DNA of 64,000 bases from Acidobacteriota bacterium (GTDB lineage: Bacteria; Acidobacteriota; Aminicenantia; Aminicenantales; Saccharicenantaceae), in NCBI GenBank assembly GCA_033549365.1, contig JAWSUF010000006.1, positions 141,472-205,471 of the forward strand. Reading direction: 5' to 3'. This document shows, in pieces, positions 47,137-56,663 of the stretch. The notes beneath the pieces are model-generated. The model saw only the letters and a program-made list of their open reading frames with translations, was not told the DNA's origin and searched no databases. How positions within the stretch are numbered: the first letter of the stretch is position 1; each line of letters opens with the position of its first letter. The position numbers and the translations under genes were made by a program.

Positions 47137-47919
47137 ATGAAAACACGACTCCCTTTTCTGGTTGCAGCCGTCCTGGGCGTAATCCTCGTCCCCGCCTCGG
47201 CGGACGGGGCGGACATGACCTGGGGTCCGGCCTCAGGAGAGAGTTTCCGCATCGGTCCGGGCTTGGGGGTGATATCACGGGTGATTTCCTGGGATGACGG
47301 CACGGAGTTATCCAACCTGACCGCAACCTCTTTCTCCCTCAATGCCGAATTCGATCTGAAATGGGGCCTCAGTCTCGGCATCCGGGCGGGTTTTTCGTTG
47401 TCGGACTATGCCGGAATGTTTTTCAGAAATCTCCCCTTTTCCCTGGAATACGCCTCGGGAGGCGCCGAGGGGGTGTTCGGAGGCGTTTCACTGAAAAAAA
47501 ATTTATTTTCCGCCGGAGATTTCGAGATTGGCATGCGGGGTGAATTCGTCTATAACATCGGGCTCAAGAAAACCTGGGCTCTCGAAGGACTCGCGGTTGA
47601 AGGGCAAGCCGTCGGTGAACCCCGTTGGATGGCGGGATGGGCGGGTCCGACCGTGATGTACAGGGGATTCGAGAAATTCGTCCCTCGCCTCACCGTTGCC
47701 GCCGAATGGTTTTCCGGGGAGTTTCTTGTGCAGCAGACCGTGGGCGACTTGAAAAGGAGCGAGACCAAGGAATTTCAAGGCGCCGGTTTGATCCGCGTGC
47801 TTCTGGGCGCCGATTATCGGATCGGCCCCAGGTTAACCTTGACCGGAGAAGCCCTGATGATCCCCTGCAAAGATGGGATTTCGACCGGAGCATCCGCCGG
47901 ACTTCTCATTCACTTCTAG
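47137..47919 (+). CDS. Hypothetical outer-membrane β-barrel protein
   Basis: Signal peptide MKTRLPFLVAAVLGVILVPASA. Alternating amphipathic β-strands. C-terminal …AGLLIHF. Confidence 0.45.
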   Translation: MKTRLPFLVAAVLGVILVPASADGADMTWGPASGESFRIGPGLGVISRVISWDDGTELSNLTATSFSLNAEFDLKWGLSLGIRAGFSLSDYAGMFFRNLPFSLEYASGGAEGVFGGVSLKKNLFSAGDFEIGMRGEFVYNIGLKKTWALEGLAVEGQAVGEPRWMAGWAGPTVMYRGFEKFVPRLTVAAEWFSGEFLVQQTVGDLKRSETKEFQGAGLIRVLLGADYRIGPRLTLTGEALMIPCKDGISTGASAGLLIHF

Positions 47920-47943
47920 CCCACCGATGCCGAGGAGGATTCG

Positions 47944-49326
47944 ATGATGATGACGACAAAACGCGGCAAAACGGCCGGCCGCATTTCGATCTTCGGCGCC
48001 GTCCTGGCCGCCGCCGCGCTGGCTTCGGCCGCCCTCTCCGTTGAAACCGATCGCCGTATCCGCCGCAATCTCTCGGGAGAGGCTCCGGTCATCCAAACAA
48101 GCCCTGAAGTCCGGGACCGATCCGGCGACGGAGCCCGTTATGCGGAGAACCGGGTTCTCATCCGTTTCAAGCCCGGCATCACCATCCAGGGCGCGCAGGC
48201 GCTTCTGAAAGCCTACGGAACGGCTCCTTTGGAAAGGATCCCCCACGTCGGCGTTCACATTGTCCCGATCCCGGACGGCGTTTCCGTCAAGGAATTCCTT
48301 GGCGCACTGAAAAGGAATCCCGATGTTCTCTATGCCGAGCCCGATTTCTCGACCCGGCTGGCCCTCACACCGAACGACGAATTTTTCTGGCGCCAGTACG
48401 CCCTGTCCAATACCGGGAATAATCTTCGTGGTGTCCCCGGCGCCCCCACCGGAAAGAGAAGCGCCGACATCAAGGCGACGGCCGCTTGGGAAGAAACCCA
48501 GGGCGACCCCGATGTCATCATCGCCGTCCTGGACACCGGCGTGGACATGAATCATCCGGATCTCATCAACAAACTCGTATCCCGCGGACGGGATTTCGTC
48601 AATGACGACAATGACGCCTCCGACGACCATTGGCACGGCACCCATGTCGCCGGAATCGCCGGAGCCGAAACCAACAACACCCAGGGCATCGCCGGCGTGG
48701 CCTGGAAATGTCCCATTCTTCCCGTGAAGGTTGTGGACAATAAGGGAGTCGGCTATTACAGTTGGCTGATCCAGGGCATCATCTATGCCGTACAGAACGG
48801 CGCCCAGGTGATCAACATCAGCCTGGGAGGCGATGACGTATCGGATTCCCTGCGTGACACGCTGAAGTTCGCCTACGAAGAGAACATCGTCATTGTCGCC
48901 GCAGCCGGAAACGAAGCCGGGCCCGTTCTCTATCCTGCGGCCTATACGGACTATGCCCTGGCCGTCGCGGCCACGGATTCCGAAGATCAACGGACCGCCT
49001 GGTCGAATACCGGCGCCGAAGTGGACGTGGCCGCCCCGGGCGACCTGATTCTCAGTCTTGTCCCGACGTGGTATTTCGGCCCGCAGTTTCCCCCCTACGC
49101 CTATGCCTCGGGGACGTCCATGGCCGCTCCGCATGTCGCGGGGATGGCCGCGCTTGTCCGGAGTCTCAAACCCTGGTTGAAAGCCGGAGACGTCATGAAC
49201 ATCATCCGGTACTCGGCCGAAGACGTCAACGCGGATGAACACCCCGGACGCGACGATCACATCGGATACGGACGCATCAACATGGAAAAGGCCATCGTTC
49301 CGCTCAAGCTCAAAACAAAATTCTGA
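47944..49326 (+). CDS. S8-family subtilisin-like serine peptidase, secreted
   Basis: Catalytic triad motifs VAVLDTGVD, HGTHVAGIAGA, GTSMAAPHVAGMAAL. Confidence 0.85.
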   Translation: MMMTTKRGKTAGRISIFGAVLAAAALASAALSVETDRRIRRNLSGEAPVIQTSPEVRDRSGDGARYAENRVLIRFKPGITIQGAQALLKAYGTAPLERIPHVGVHIVPIPDGVSVKEFLGALKRNPDVLYAEPDFSTRLALTPNDEFFWRQYALSNTGNNLRGVPGAPTGKRSADIKATAAWEETQGDPDVIIAVLDTGVDMNHPDLINKLVSRGRDFVNDDNDASDDHWHGTHVAGIAGAETNNTQGIAGVAWKCPILPVKVVDNKGVGYYSWLIQGIIYAVQNGAQVINISLGGDDVSDSLRDTLKFAYEENIVIVAAAGNEAGPVLYPAAYTDYALAVAATDSEDQRTAWSNTGAEVDVAAPGDLILSLVPTWYFGPQFPPYAYASGTSMAAPHVAGMAALVRSLKPWLKAGDVMNIIRYSAEDVNADEHPGRDDHIGYGRINMEKAIVPLKLKTKF

Positions 49327-49332
49327 GGGACG

Positions 49333-51030
49333 ATGCTCAAGTCTCTCCGCATCCGGAACCTGGCCACCATCGAGGACCTCCAGCTCGACTTCGAAGCCGG
49401 CTTCACCGTCATGACCGGGGAAACCGGGGCCGGAAAATCCGTCATCATTGATTCCATCCGCCTGATTCTGGGTGAGAAAGCCTCTTCCGACATGGTTCGG
49501 ACCGGGAAAGCGGAGGCGGCCGTGGAGGCCGTCTTCGAACCCCTCTCTCCTCCTCCGCCCGGCCTGGAAGATCTCGCCGCCGGAGACGAGGATCTTCTTA
49601 TCCAGAGAACGATCGCCGAACAGGGATCGGGCAAATGCTACATCAACGGCGTGCTCGTTCCCCTGCGCAAGCTGCGCGAAATCGCCCCCCGTCTTGTGGA
49701 CATCTACGGCCAAAACGACCATGTGTTTTTGCTCGAGCTGCAGAATCATCTTCTCTATCTGGACGCGTTTCTGGACGCCTCCGAACTCAAGGACAAGACC
49801 GCCGCCGCCGCCGCCCGCATCAAGGAACTTCTCCGCCGAAAAAAAGAACTTGAAGAAAAAAAAGCAGGACGCGAGGCGCGCCTGGACATTCTTGATTATC
49901 AAATCCGCGAGATCGAAGCCGTGCGCCCGGATCCCGGAGAAGAGGCGGCCCTGCTCCAGGAAAGGGACATTCTCAAAAACGCCGAAAAGATCGCCGTGGC
50001 CGTCGATTCGGCCCTGAACCTGGCTTATGAAAACGAGAATGCCCTCCTGTCCGCATTGGAAAAGCTGCTGGCCGATCTCCGCGATCTCAGGCCCTTTCTT
50101 CCCGCCCTCAGGGACTTCGAAAAACCCCTGGAGGACTTCGGGATTCAGCTTCGGGAACTCGCGGACACGCTGATTCGATTCCGTGACGGACAACCTTCCC
50201 CGGAAAACCTGGAGGCCGTCGAGGAAAGACTGGATCTTCTGGAAAAACTCAAAAGAAAATACGGCGGATCCATCGCCGCCGTCTGCGATTACGCCGACAG
50301 GGCCCGGGAGGAATACCGGGACCTGCTCGAAAACCGGGAGACCCTTGAGGATATTGCATCTTCCCTGGCCGGCGCTTTCGAGGATTATATCCGGACGGCC
50401 GGGGAACTCAGCCGCCGCAGATCCCAAGCGGCCGAAGAACTCGGCGGAATCATCGAAAGGGAAATCGCTCTTCTGGGCATGAAAAAGGCACGATTCGAAC
50501 CCCGTCTTTCGTCCCGGGCCCCCGACCTCGCCGATCCCTCAACCTTGAGGGAGAGCGGAACGGACGACGTGGAATTTCTCATTTCTCCGAATCCCGGTGA
50601 GGAACTTCGCCCGTTGAGACGGATTGCATCCGGCGGCGAGCTGTCCCGGATCATGCTGGCCCTGAAATCGGCCGGCCGGGAATCCGAAGAGATCAAAACC
50701 CTGATTTTCGACGAGATCGATTCCGGAATCGGCGGCCGGACGGCCGAGTTTATCGCCGAAAAGCTTCGGACGCTGGCCTCGCGACACCAGGTTCTCTGCA
50801 TCACGCATTTGCCGAAAATCGCCTCTTCGGCGGCCCGCCATGTCCGCATCGAAAAAAAGGTGGCCGAAGAGAGAACCTTCACCTCGGCTTTCGCCGTCAA
50901 CGGCGAGGATCGCGTCATGGAAATTGCGCGACTGGTCGCCGGGAGCCGCATCTCCGAAGCCTCGCTCGAGACCGCACGGGAGATGCTTGGCATCGGAGCG
51001 GGGATCCGACCTGAAAAGGAGAGAACATGA
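49333..51030 (+). CDS. recN: DNA repair protein RecN
   Basis: MLKSLRIRNLATIEDLQLDFEAGFTVMTGETGAGKS (Walker A), coiled-coil middle, C-terminal ASGGELSRIMLAL signature, LIFDEIDSGIGG (Walker B/D-loop). Confidence 0.9.
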   Translation: MLKSLRIRNLATIEDLQLDFEAGFTVMTGETGAGKSVIIDSIRLILGEKASSDMVRTGKAEAAVEAVFEPLSPPPPGLEDLAAGDEDLLIQRTIAEQGSGKCYINGVLVPLRKLREIAPRLVDIYGQNDHVFLLELQNHLLYLDAFLDASELKDKTAAAAARIKELLRRKKELEEKKAGREARLDILDYQIREIEAVRPDPGEEAALLQERDILKNAEKIAVAVDSALNLAYENENALLSALEKLLADLRDLRPFLPALRDFEKPLEDFGIQLRELADTLIRFRDGQPSPENLEAVEERLDLLEKLKRKYGGSIAAVCDYADRAREEYRDLLENRETLEDIASSLAGAFEDYIRTAGELSRRRSQAAEELGGIIEREIALLGMKKARFEPRLSSRAPDLADPSTLRESGTDDVEFLISPNPGEELRPLRRIASGGELSRIMLALKSAGRESEEIKTLIFDEIDSGIGGRTAEFIAEKLRTLASRHQVLCITHLPKIASSAARHVRIEKKVAEERTFTSAFAVNGEDRVMEIARLVAGSRISEASLETAREMLGIGAGIRPEKERT

Positions 51031-51491
51031 TGACAAGGATTGATGCCGCCGTTGAGGATTTCCGAAAGGGTTTCAGCTGTTCGCAGGCCGTTTTGGCGGC
51101 CTTTGGACCGGATTTCGGTCTGGACCGGGAGACGGCGTTAAAGATCTCCCAGGTTTTCGGCGGCGGCCTGGCCCGTTCGGCGGGAACCTGCGGCGCCGCG
51201 GCCGGGGCCCTTCTCGTCATCAGCCTGAAACACGGCCGGACACGCCCGGAGGATACGGCCGCGCGCGAAACGACCTATGCCCTGACCCGGGAATTTTTGC
51301 ACACATTCCGGAAGCGGCACGATAAGCTGGACTGCCGGGACCTTCTCGGCTGCGACATCAGCACCGCGGACGGGTCACAAAAAGCCTCCGAATTGAAACT
51401 TCACGAAACCTTATGTCCGGAATTCATCAGGACAGCGGTCGAAATCCTGGAAGAGCTTCTCGATCAGCCTCCGGCGCAGCCGGAAGCTTAA
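51027..51491 (+). CDS. C_GCAxxG_C_C-family protein (putative redox-active Cys protein)
   Basis: CSQAV…GTCGAAAGALLV…CRDLLGC pattern. ATGA overlap with the recN stop. Confidence 0.7.
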   Translation: MMTRIDAAVEDFRKGFSCSQAVLAAFGPDFGLDRETALKISQVFGGGLARSAGTCGAAAGALLVISLKHGRTRPEDTAARETTYALTREFLHTFRKRHDKLDCRDLLGCDISTADGSQKASELKLHETLCPEFIRTAVEILEELLDQPPAQPEA

Positions 51492-51518
51492 GCGGAACAC
51501 GGAGGAACGGAGACGGGC

Positions 51519-52856
51519 ATGGCCGGCGGACTTCAAGGGCGGCGCTTCCACATCCGGACTTTCGGCTGTCAAATGAACGTCAGCGATTCCGAGCATATGG
51601 CCGGACATCTTGTCCGTGAGGGAGCGCTGCCGGCCCCCGTGCCGGAATCCTGCGATATTCTGATCGTCAACACCTGCGCCGTCCGGGCCAAGTCCGAGGA
51701 GAAACTCCTATCCTTTCTCGGCCGAATGGCCAAAATCAAAGCCGCGCGCGGAATGACCATCATCGTGGCCGGATGCGTGGCCGAGATCCGGAGTTCGGAG
51801 ATGCGGACCTCCCGGCCCTTCATCGACGGTTTTCTCGGTCCCGGACGCATCCATGAGCTGCCCGATCTCCTGAGGGATGTCGCTTTCTCTCCAGGCATCA
51901 GGACGGGAACGCCGGCGGAATGGATCGAACCCCCCGAAAGCCCGGTCCTCCGCGAGAGCCCGTTCTCGGCCTTTGTCACCGTCATGGAGGGCTGCGACAA
52001 CTTCTGCGCCTATTGCATCGTCCCCTTCAGCCGGGGACGGGAACGTTTTCGACCCATGTCATCCATTCTTCACGAAGTCGAGGCCTTGGGAAGGGAGCGG
52101 TTGGCGGAGATTCAGCTTCTCGGGCAAAACGTCAACTCCTATCGCGATCCCGAAACGCGGATCGGGTTTTCCGGACTTCTCCGGGCCGTCGCCGGATCTG
52201 CGGACATCCCCTGGATCCGATTTCTCACCTCTCATCCGAAAAACTTCACCCGCGACATTGCGGAAACCATGGCCGCGGAGCCCCGGATCTGCCGCCACAT
52301 CCATCTTCCTCTCCAGTCGGGCTCGACCCCCGTCCTGAAACGCATGAAACGGGGATACACCCGCGAGGATTTTCTATCTCTCGCGGCCCTTCTTCGCGAC
52401 CTCATGCCCGGACTGGAATTGAGCACCGACATCATTGTCGGTTTTCCCGAAGAAAGCGATGCCGAGTTCTCCGAAACCCTGGATGTCATCCGCGATCTCC
52501 GCTTTGTCAATATCTTTTCCTTCCGATATTCACCGCGACCCGGAACCGCAGCCGCCCGATTGAAGGACGATGTGCCCGCCGAAGTCAAAAAGAACCGGCT
52601 TCTCGAGCTCCAGGCCGAACAAAAGCGGATTCAACTCGAAAAAAATGCAGGATTGGTCGGACGGACCGTCCGGGTCCTGGTCGAAGGCCCGAGTCGACGC
52701 GGCCCGCACGATGTCTCCGGCCGGACGGAAGCTCATCAGGTCGTCAATTTCCCCGCCGGAAAAACCACGGCCGGACGGTTCGTCAACATCGCCGTCACGT
52801 CGGCCGGACCCTACAGCCTCCGCGGCAAGATCGTCGGCCCACCCGCCGGGTCTTAA
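51519..52856 (+). CDS. miaB: tRNA-i6A37 methylthiotransferase MiaB (radical SAM MTTase with TRAM domain)
   Basis: MTTase N-domain Cys (FGCQMN…NTCAV…), radical SAM CAYCIVP, C-terminal TRAM-like segment. Confidence 0.85.
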   Translation: MAGGLQGRRFHIRTFGCQMNVSDSEHMAGHLVREGALPAPVPESCDILIVNTCAVRAKSEEKLLSFLGRMAKIKAARGMTIIVAGCVAEIRSSEMRTSRPFIDGFLGPGRIHELPDLLRDVAFSPGIRTGTPAEWIEPPESPVLRESPFSAFVTVMEGCDNFCAYCIVPFSRGRERFRPMSSILHEVEALGRERLAEIQLLGQNVNSYRDPETRIGFSGLLRAVAGSADIPWIRFLTSHPKNFTRDIAETMAAEPRICRHIHLPLQSGSTPVLKRMKRGYTREDFLSLAALLRDLMPGLELSTDIIVGFPEESDAEFSETLDVIRDLRFVNIFSFRYSPRPGTAAARLKDDVPAEVKKNRLLELQAEQKRIQLEKNAGLVGRTVRVLVEGPSRRGPHDVSGRTEAHQVVNFPAGKTTAGRFVNIAVTSAGPYSLRGKIVGPPAGS

Positions 52857-52863
52857 CACCAAA

Positions 52864-52892
52864 CGCACAACCCCGGCTGAAGGGGTTGTGCG
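52864..52892 (+). terminator. Perfect 11-bp GC-rich stem-loop downstream of miaB (terminator-like, no U-tract)
   Basis: cgcacaacccc-ggctgaa-ggggttgtgcg. A degenerate second copy lies at ~53049-53079. Confidence 0.4.
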
Positions 52893-52900
52893 CGGGTCGA

Positions 52901-53048
52901 GATTGCTGTTCCAACAAGGCAGCGGCTCACGAAGGCGTAGTCAGTCTACGTCGAGTGAGCTGCAACGCAGTTGGAATAGTGAGATCGGCACGCCCGTAGG
53001 GTTAAAAGAGCCGGAAATAAGAGAGAAAGATAATCCCCCGGCTCTTTT
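52901..53048 (+). other. Structured intergenic element between miaB and nusA: long imperfect inverted repeat with nested hairpin, followed by an 11-bp stem hairpin with 23-nt loop and T-tract
   Basis: Arms ctgttccaacaaggcagcggctcac / gtgagctgcaacgcagttggaatag (18/25 complementary) around cgtag-tcagt-ctacg. Then aaaagagccgg-N23-ccggctctttt (53004-53048). Confidence 0.3.
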
Positions 53049-53073
53049 AGCGCACAACCTCAGCTGAAGGGCG

Positions 53074-53102
53074 TTGCACATTGGTGAGGTTTCGGCTATA
53101 AT
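53074..53102 (+). promoter_or_regulatory. sigma70 promoter for nusA-infB operon (TTGCAC-N17-TATAAT)
   Basis: ttgcac (53074-53079), 17-nt spacer, tataat (53097-53102), 32 nt upstream of the nusA ATG (53135). Confidence 0.5.
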
Positions 53103-53134
53103 CATCAGCTAACGAATCCACGAAATCACCAAAA

Positions 53135-54178
53135 ATGAAAGTCAACGTCTGGAATACGATTCTTCAGCTCAGCAAGGAGCGTGATGTCGAACCCCGCATC
53201 ATCATCCAGGCCATCGAGGAATCGCTCAAGGTTGCCGCAGCCCAGCATTTCACATCCCAAGAAGACATCCAAGTGCTTTTCCGGCCCGAAAAAGGCGAGC
53301 TCCGCGTTTTCGTAGAAAAAACCGTCGTCCCCGGGAAACCCGTCGACGAAAGCCGGGAAATCTCGCTGGAAGCGGCTCGAACCGGCCATCCCGAAGCGCG
53401 GACGGGCTCAACCATCGAAATTGACCTTCCCTCCGAAACATTGGGGCGGATCGCCGCCCAGGCCGCAAAGCAGGTCATCTTTCAAAAAGTCCGAAACGCG
53501 GAACAGGAAAAGATCTACGGCCAGTACGCCCATCGCATGGGGGAAATCGTCAGTGGAATCGTCCGAAGATCGGAACCTCACGGAACCATCCTTGAAGTCA
53601 GTCGAACCGAAGCCCTCCTTCCCCATAGGGACAAACTCCCTCAGGATGCCTTCAAAAGAGGCGAACATATCAAGGCCATCATCATCCAGGTCCTCAAGGG
53701 TTCCGCAAAAGGATCCCAGATCGTCGTCTCCCGGACGAACTCCCATTTTCTGGCCCGTCTTCTTGAGCTCGAAATCCCCGAGATCGCCAACCGGACCATA
53801 GAAATCATGGATGTCGTGAGGCAGCCCGGAGAAAGAGCCAAGGTCGCCGTCCGCACCCACGAGCGGGATATCGATCCCATCGGCGCCTGCATCGGCGTCA
53901 AGGGCAACCGGATCCTGGCCATTTCCAAGGAACTCGGAGGAGAAAAGATCGACATCATTTCTTGGTCTCCCAATCCCGCCTCTTATGCCAAGGCGGCCCT
54001 CAGCCCGGCCAAAGTCGACAAACTTGTCATCACCAGCAAGGCCGACAAGGAAATCCGGGCCCTTGTTCAGCCCGGGCAGTTGTCTTTGGCCATAGGCAAA
54101 AAGGGAATCAATGTCAAACTCGCTTCCAGACTCGTGGGCTGGAAAATCTCCATCCAAGAAGAACAAACCGATGACTAA
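53135..54178 (+). CDS. nusA: Transcription termination/antitermination factor NusA
   Basis: N-terminal domain, S1 and two KH domains (…IDPIGACIGVKGNRI…), no C-terminal AR repeats (347 aa). Confidence 0.95.
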   Translation: MKVNVWNTILQLSKERDVEPRIIIQAIEESLKVAAAQHFTSQEDIQVLFRPEKGELRVFVEKTVVPGKPVDESREISLEAARTGHPEARTGSTIEIDLPSETLGRIAAQAAKQVIFQKVRNAEQEKIYGQYAHRMGEIVSGIVRRSEPHGTILEVSRTEALLPHRDKLPQDAFKRGEHIKAIIIQVLKGSAKGSQIVVSRTNSHFLARLLELEIPEIANRTIEIMDVVRQPGERAKVAVRTHERDIDPIGACIGVKGNRILAISKELGGEKIDIISWSPNPASYAKAALSPAKVDKLVITSKADKEIRALVQPGQLSLAIGKKGINVKLASRLVGWKISIQEEQTDD

Positions 54179-55991
54179 GCCAACACCCAAGAAAACCGCT
54201 CCCAAGAAACCCGTCAAAGACGCCGCGGCGGCGGCTCCGCCGAAACCCCTGCCCAAGCTTATCCTGAGCGAAGGCATGACGATCAAGGACGCCGCCGACG
54301 CCGCAGGAATCAAGCCCAAGCCTCTTCTTGACAGAATGTCCTCGGCCGGACTGGAGATGGGGACAAACGATCTTCTCGATGAATCCTCGATTGCGTCTTT
54401 CGCCAAGGCTGCGAAACGCGAAGTCGAATACATCAAATTGGAACAGGCCGTCCGCAATCTCGCCGAAAGCGATGAGAAGGCTCTGATCACCCGTCCTCCC
54501 GTGGTGACCATCATGGGCCACGTCGATCACGGCAAAACAACGCTGCTGGACAACATTCGATCATCCCGTCTCGTCGACAAGGAATTCGGCGGCATCACCC
54601 AGCACATCGGCGCCTACCGCGTGCGCCATAAAAACCGGAACATCACGTTCATCGACACTCCGGGTCACGAGGCCTTCACCCAATTGCGGGCCCGGGGCGC
54701 CGGAGTCACCGATATCGTCGTCCTGGTGGTCGCCGCCGACGACGGCATCATGCCTCAGACAAAAGAAGCCATCAATCATGCCCGGGCGGCGGATGTGCCG
54801 ATCATTGTCGCCATCAACAAAATCGACAAGCCCGAGGCCAATGTCGACCGCGTCAAGCAGCAGCTGTCCAAAGAGGATCTCCTCGTCGAAGACTGGGGCG
54901 GAAAGACCATTTCCGTCGAGATCTCGGCCACGGAAGGGAAAAACATCGAGGATCTTCTGGAAATGATCCTGCTTTTGGGCGACATTCAGGACTTGAAAAC
55001 CAACCCCAAGGTGCCCGCTCAAGGCGTCGTCCTCGAATCCAAAATGGATCCCAAGAAGGGACCCGTCGGATCGGTTTTGATTCGTCACGGCATTCTGGAG
55101 CAGGGACAGGCCTTCCTGTCGGGAACGTCTTTCGGCCGGGCTCGGGCCTTGTTCGATGAGAAGGGCCAGTCCATGAAGGCCGCGGCGGCCGGTGTTCCGG
55201 TCGAGGTCATGGGATTCCAGACCGTCCCCCAGGCCGGAGACCTGTTTCAGGTCGTATCCGACCTCCCCACCGCCAAGAAGATCGCCGAACATCGCGTTCT
55301 TCAGGATCGCAAACCGGAACCGGTCGTTCAGGAACGGGCGACCCTGGATGAACTCTTCAAGAAAATCGAGGACGGTCAGCCCAAAGAACTCAACCTGATC
55401 GTGAAAGCGGACGTTCATGGATCCGTTGAGGTTCTGGCCGATCTTCTGCCCTCTCTGGCCACTGAGAAAGTCCTGATCAAGGTCGTTCATGCGGCGACCG
55501 GTCCCATATCCGAAGCCGACGTTCTCCTGGCTTCCGCATCCCGGGCGGTCATCATCGGGTACAATGCCCGCGTGCTGCCGAAGATCGCGGATCTGGCCGC
55601 CCGCGAGAATGTCGAAATCCGCCTTTATACGATCATCTACCAGCTCACCGACGATATCAAGAAAGCGGTCATCGGACTTCTCGACCCCGTCATCCGGGAG
55701 ACCGTCATCGGCCACGCCGAAATCCGGAAGGTCTTTCAGATCCCCAAGATCGGCCTCGTGGCCGGCTGCTACGTGACCGACGGCCGGATCGCCCGAAATG
55801 CGGAAATCCGGATTTTGCGCAACCGCGAAATCATTCATCAGGGACGGATTTCCTCTCTCAAGCACGTCAAGGAAAACGTCAACGAGGTCAAAAAAGACTA
55901 TGAATGCGGGATCGGCCTGGACCGGTTCAAGGACATCCAGCCTCGCGATGTCATCGAGGCCTTCATCCGGGAGAAGGTTCGGCCCGCATAG
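54171..55991 (+). CDS. infB: Translation initiation factor IF-2
   Basis: Lys/Pro-rich N-terminus, then G-domain GHVDHGKTTLLD, DTPGHEAF, NKID. ATG 54171 overlaps the nusA stop. Confidence 0.95.
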   Translation: MTKPTPKKTAPKKPVKDAAAAAPPKPLPKLILSEGMTIKDAADAAGIKPKPLLDRMSSAGLEMGTNDLLDESSIASFAKAAKREVEYIKLEQAVRNLAESDEKALITRPPVVTIMGHVDHGKTTLLDNIRSSRLVDKEFGGITQHIGAYRVRHKNRNITFIDTPGHEAFTQLRARGAGVTDIVVLVVAADDGIMPQTKEAINHARAADVPIIVAINKIDKPEANVDRVKQQLSKEDLLVEDWGGKTISVEISATEGKNIEDLLEMILLLGDIQDLKTNPKVPAQGVVLESKMDPKKGPVGSVLIRHGILEQGQAFLSGTSFGRARALFDEKGQSMKAAAAGVPVEVMGFQTVPQAGDLFQVVSDLPTAKKIAEHRVLQDRKPEPVVQERATLDELFKKIEDGQPKELNLIVKADVHGSVEVLADLLPSLATEKVLIKVVHAATGPISEADVLLASASRAVIIGYNARVLPKIADLAARENVEIRLYTIIYQLTDDIKKAVIGLLDPVIRETVIGHAEIRKVFQIPKIGLVAGCYVTDGRIARNAEIRILRNREIIHQGRISSLKHVKENVNEVKKDYECGIGLDRFKDIQPRDVIEAFIREKVRPA

Positions 55992-56006
55992 ACCCTCGGA
56001 GGCCGC

Positions 56007-56288
56007 ATGATCATCGGCGTCCTGCTTTTGGAGGTCCATTTTCCCGGCGCCCGATCTCTCAAGGACAAGCGCAAGTCGCTCAGCGGATTTCGCGACAGGG
56101 TGCGGGGACGGCATAACGCCGCCGTGGCGGAGCTCGACTTTCAGGATAAATGGCAGAGGGCCCGGATCGGCGTCGTCACAATCAATTCCAACCGTTGTGT
56201 GGTGGAAAATGTTTTGGCCCGGGTCCTGTCCGAGGCCGACATGTTCCTGGACGGAGAGGTCGTCGGGCATGAGGTTCAGGTCTTCTGA
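56007..56288 (+). CDS. DUF503-family protein (YlxP-like)
   Basis: 93 aa between infB and rbfA. MIIGVLLLEVHFPGARSLKDKRKSL… fits the DUF503 pattern. Confidence 0.7.
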   Translation: MIIGVLLLEVHFPGARSLKDKRKSLSGFRDRVRGRHNAAVAELDFQDKWQRARIGVVTINSNRCVVENVLARVLSEADMFLDGEVVGHEVQVF

Positions 56289-56303
56289 CATCGAGGAGGG
56301 ATC

Positions 56304-56663
56304 ATGGCACGAAACCCGGGAAACCGCAGCCGGAGAATTTCGGAACTGATCCGGGAAGCCCTCAGCCGAATCCTGATTGAAAACGTCCAGAATCCGGAAA
56401 CCGGACTGCTGACGGTGACCCGCGTCGAGATGAGCGCCGATCTTCTCACGGCCCGGATCCACATCCGTTCCATCGGGCAGACGGTCTCCGGCCCGGACAT
56501 CGCGGAGATTCTCGATGCTCGGAAAGACCACATCCGCCGCCGTCTTGCCTCCCGCCTGAATTTGAAGTATAATCCGCAACTTGTTTTTGCCTGGGACCCG
56601 AGCCCTGAACTCGAGGAAAAGATTGACGCCATTATGGATGCAGAGAAAATCGATGACGACTGA
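56304..56663 (+). CDS. rbfA: Ribosome-binding factor A
   Basis: 119 aa, RISELIREALSRIL…LTVTRVEMSADLLTARIHI (KH-like RbfA fold motifs). Confidence 0.9.
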   Translation: MARNPGNRSRRISELIREALSRILIENVQNPETGLLTVTRVEMSADLLTARIHIRSIGQTVSGPDIAEILDARKDHIRRRLASRLNLKYNPQLVFAWDPSPELEEKIDAIMDAEKIDDD

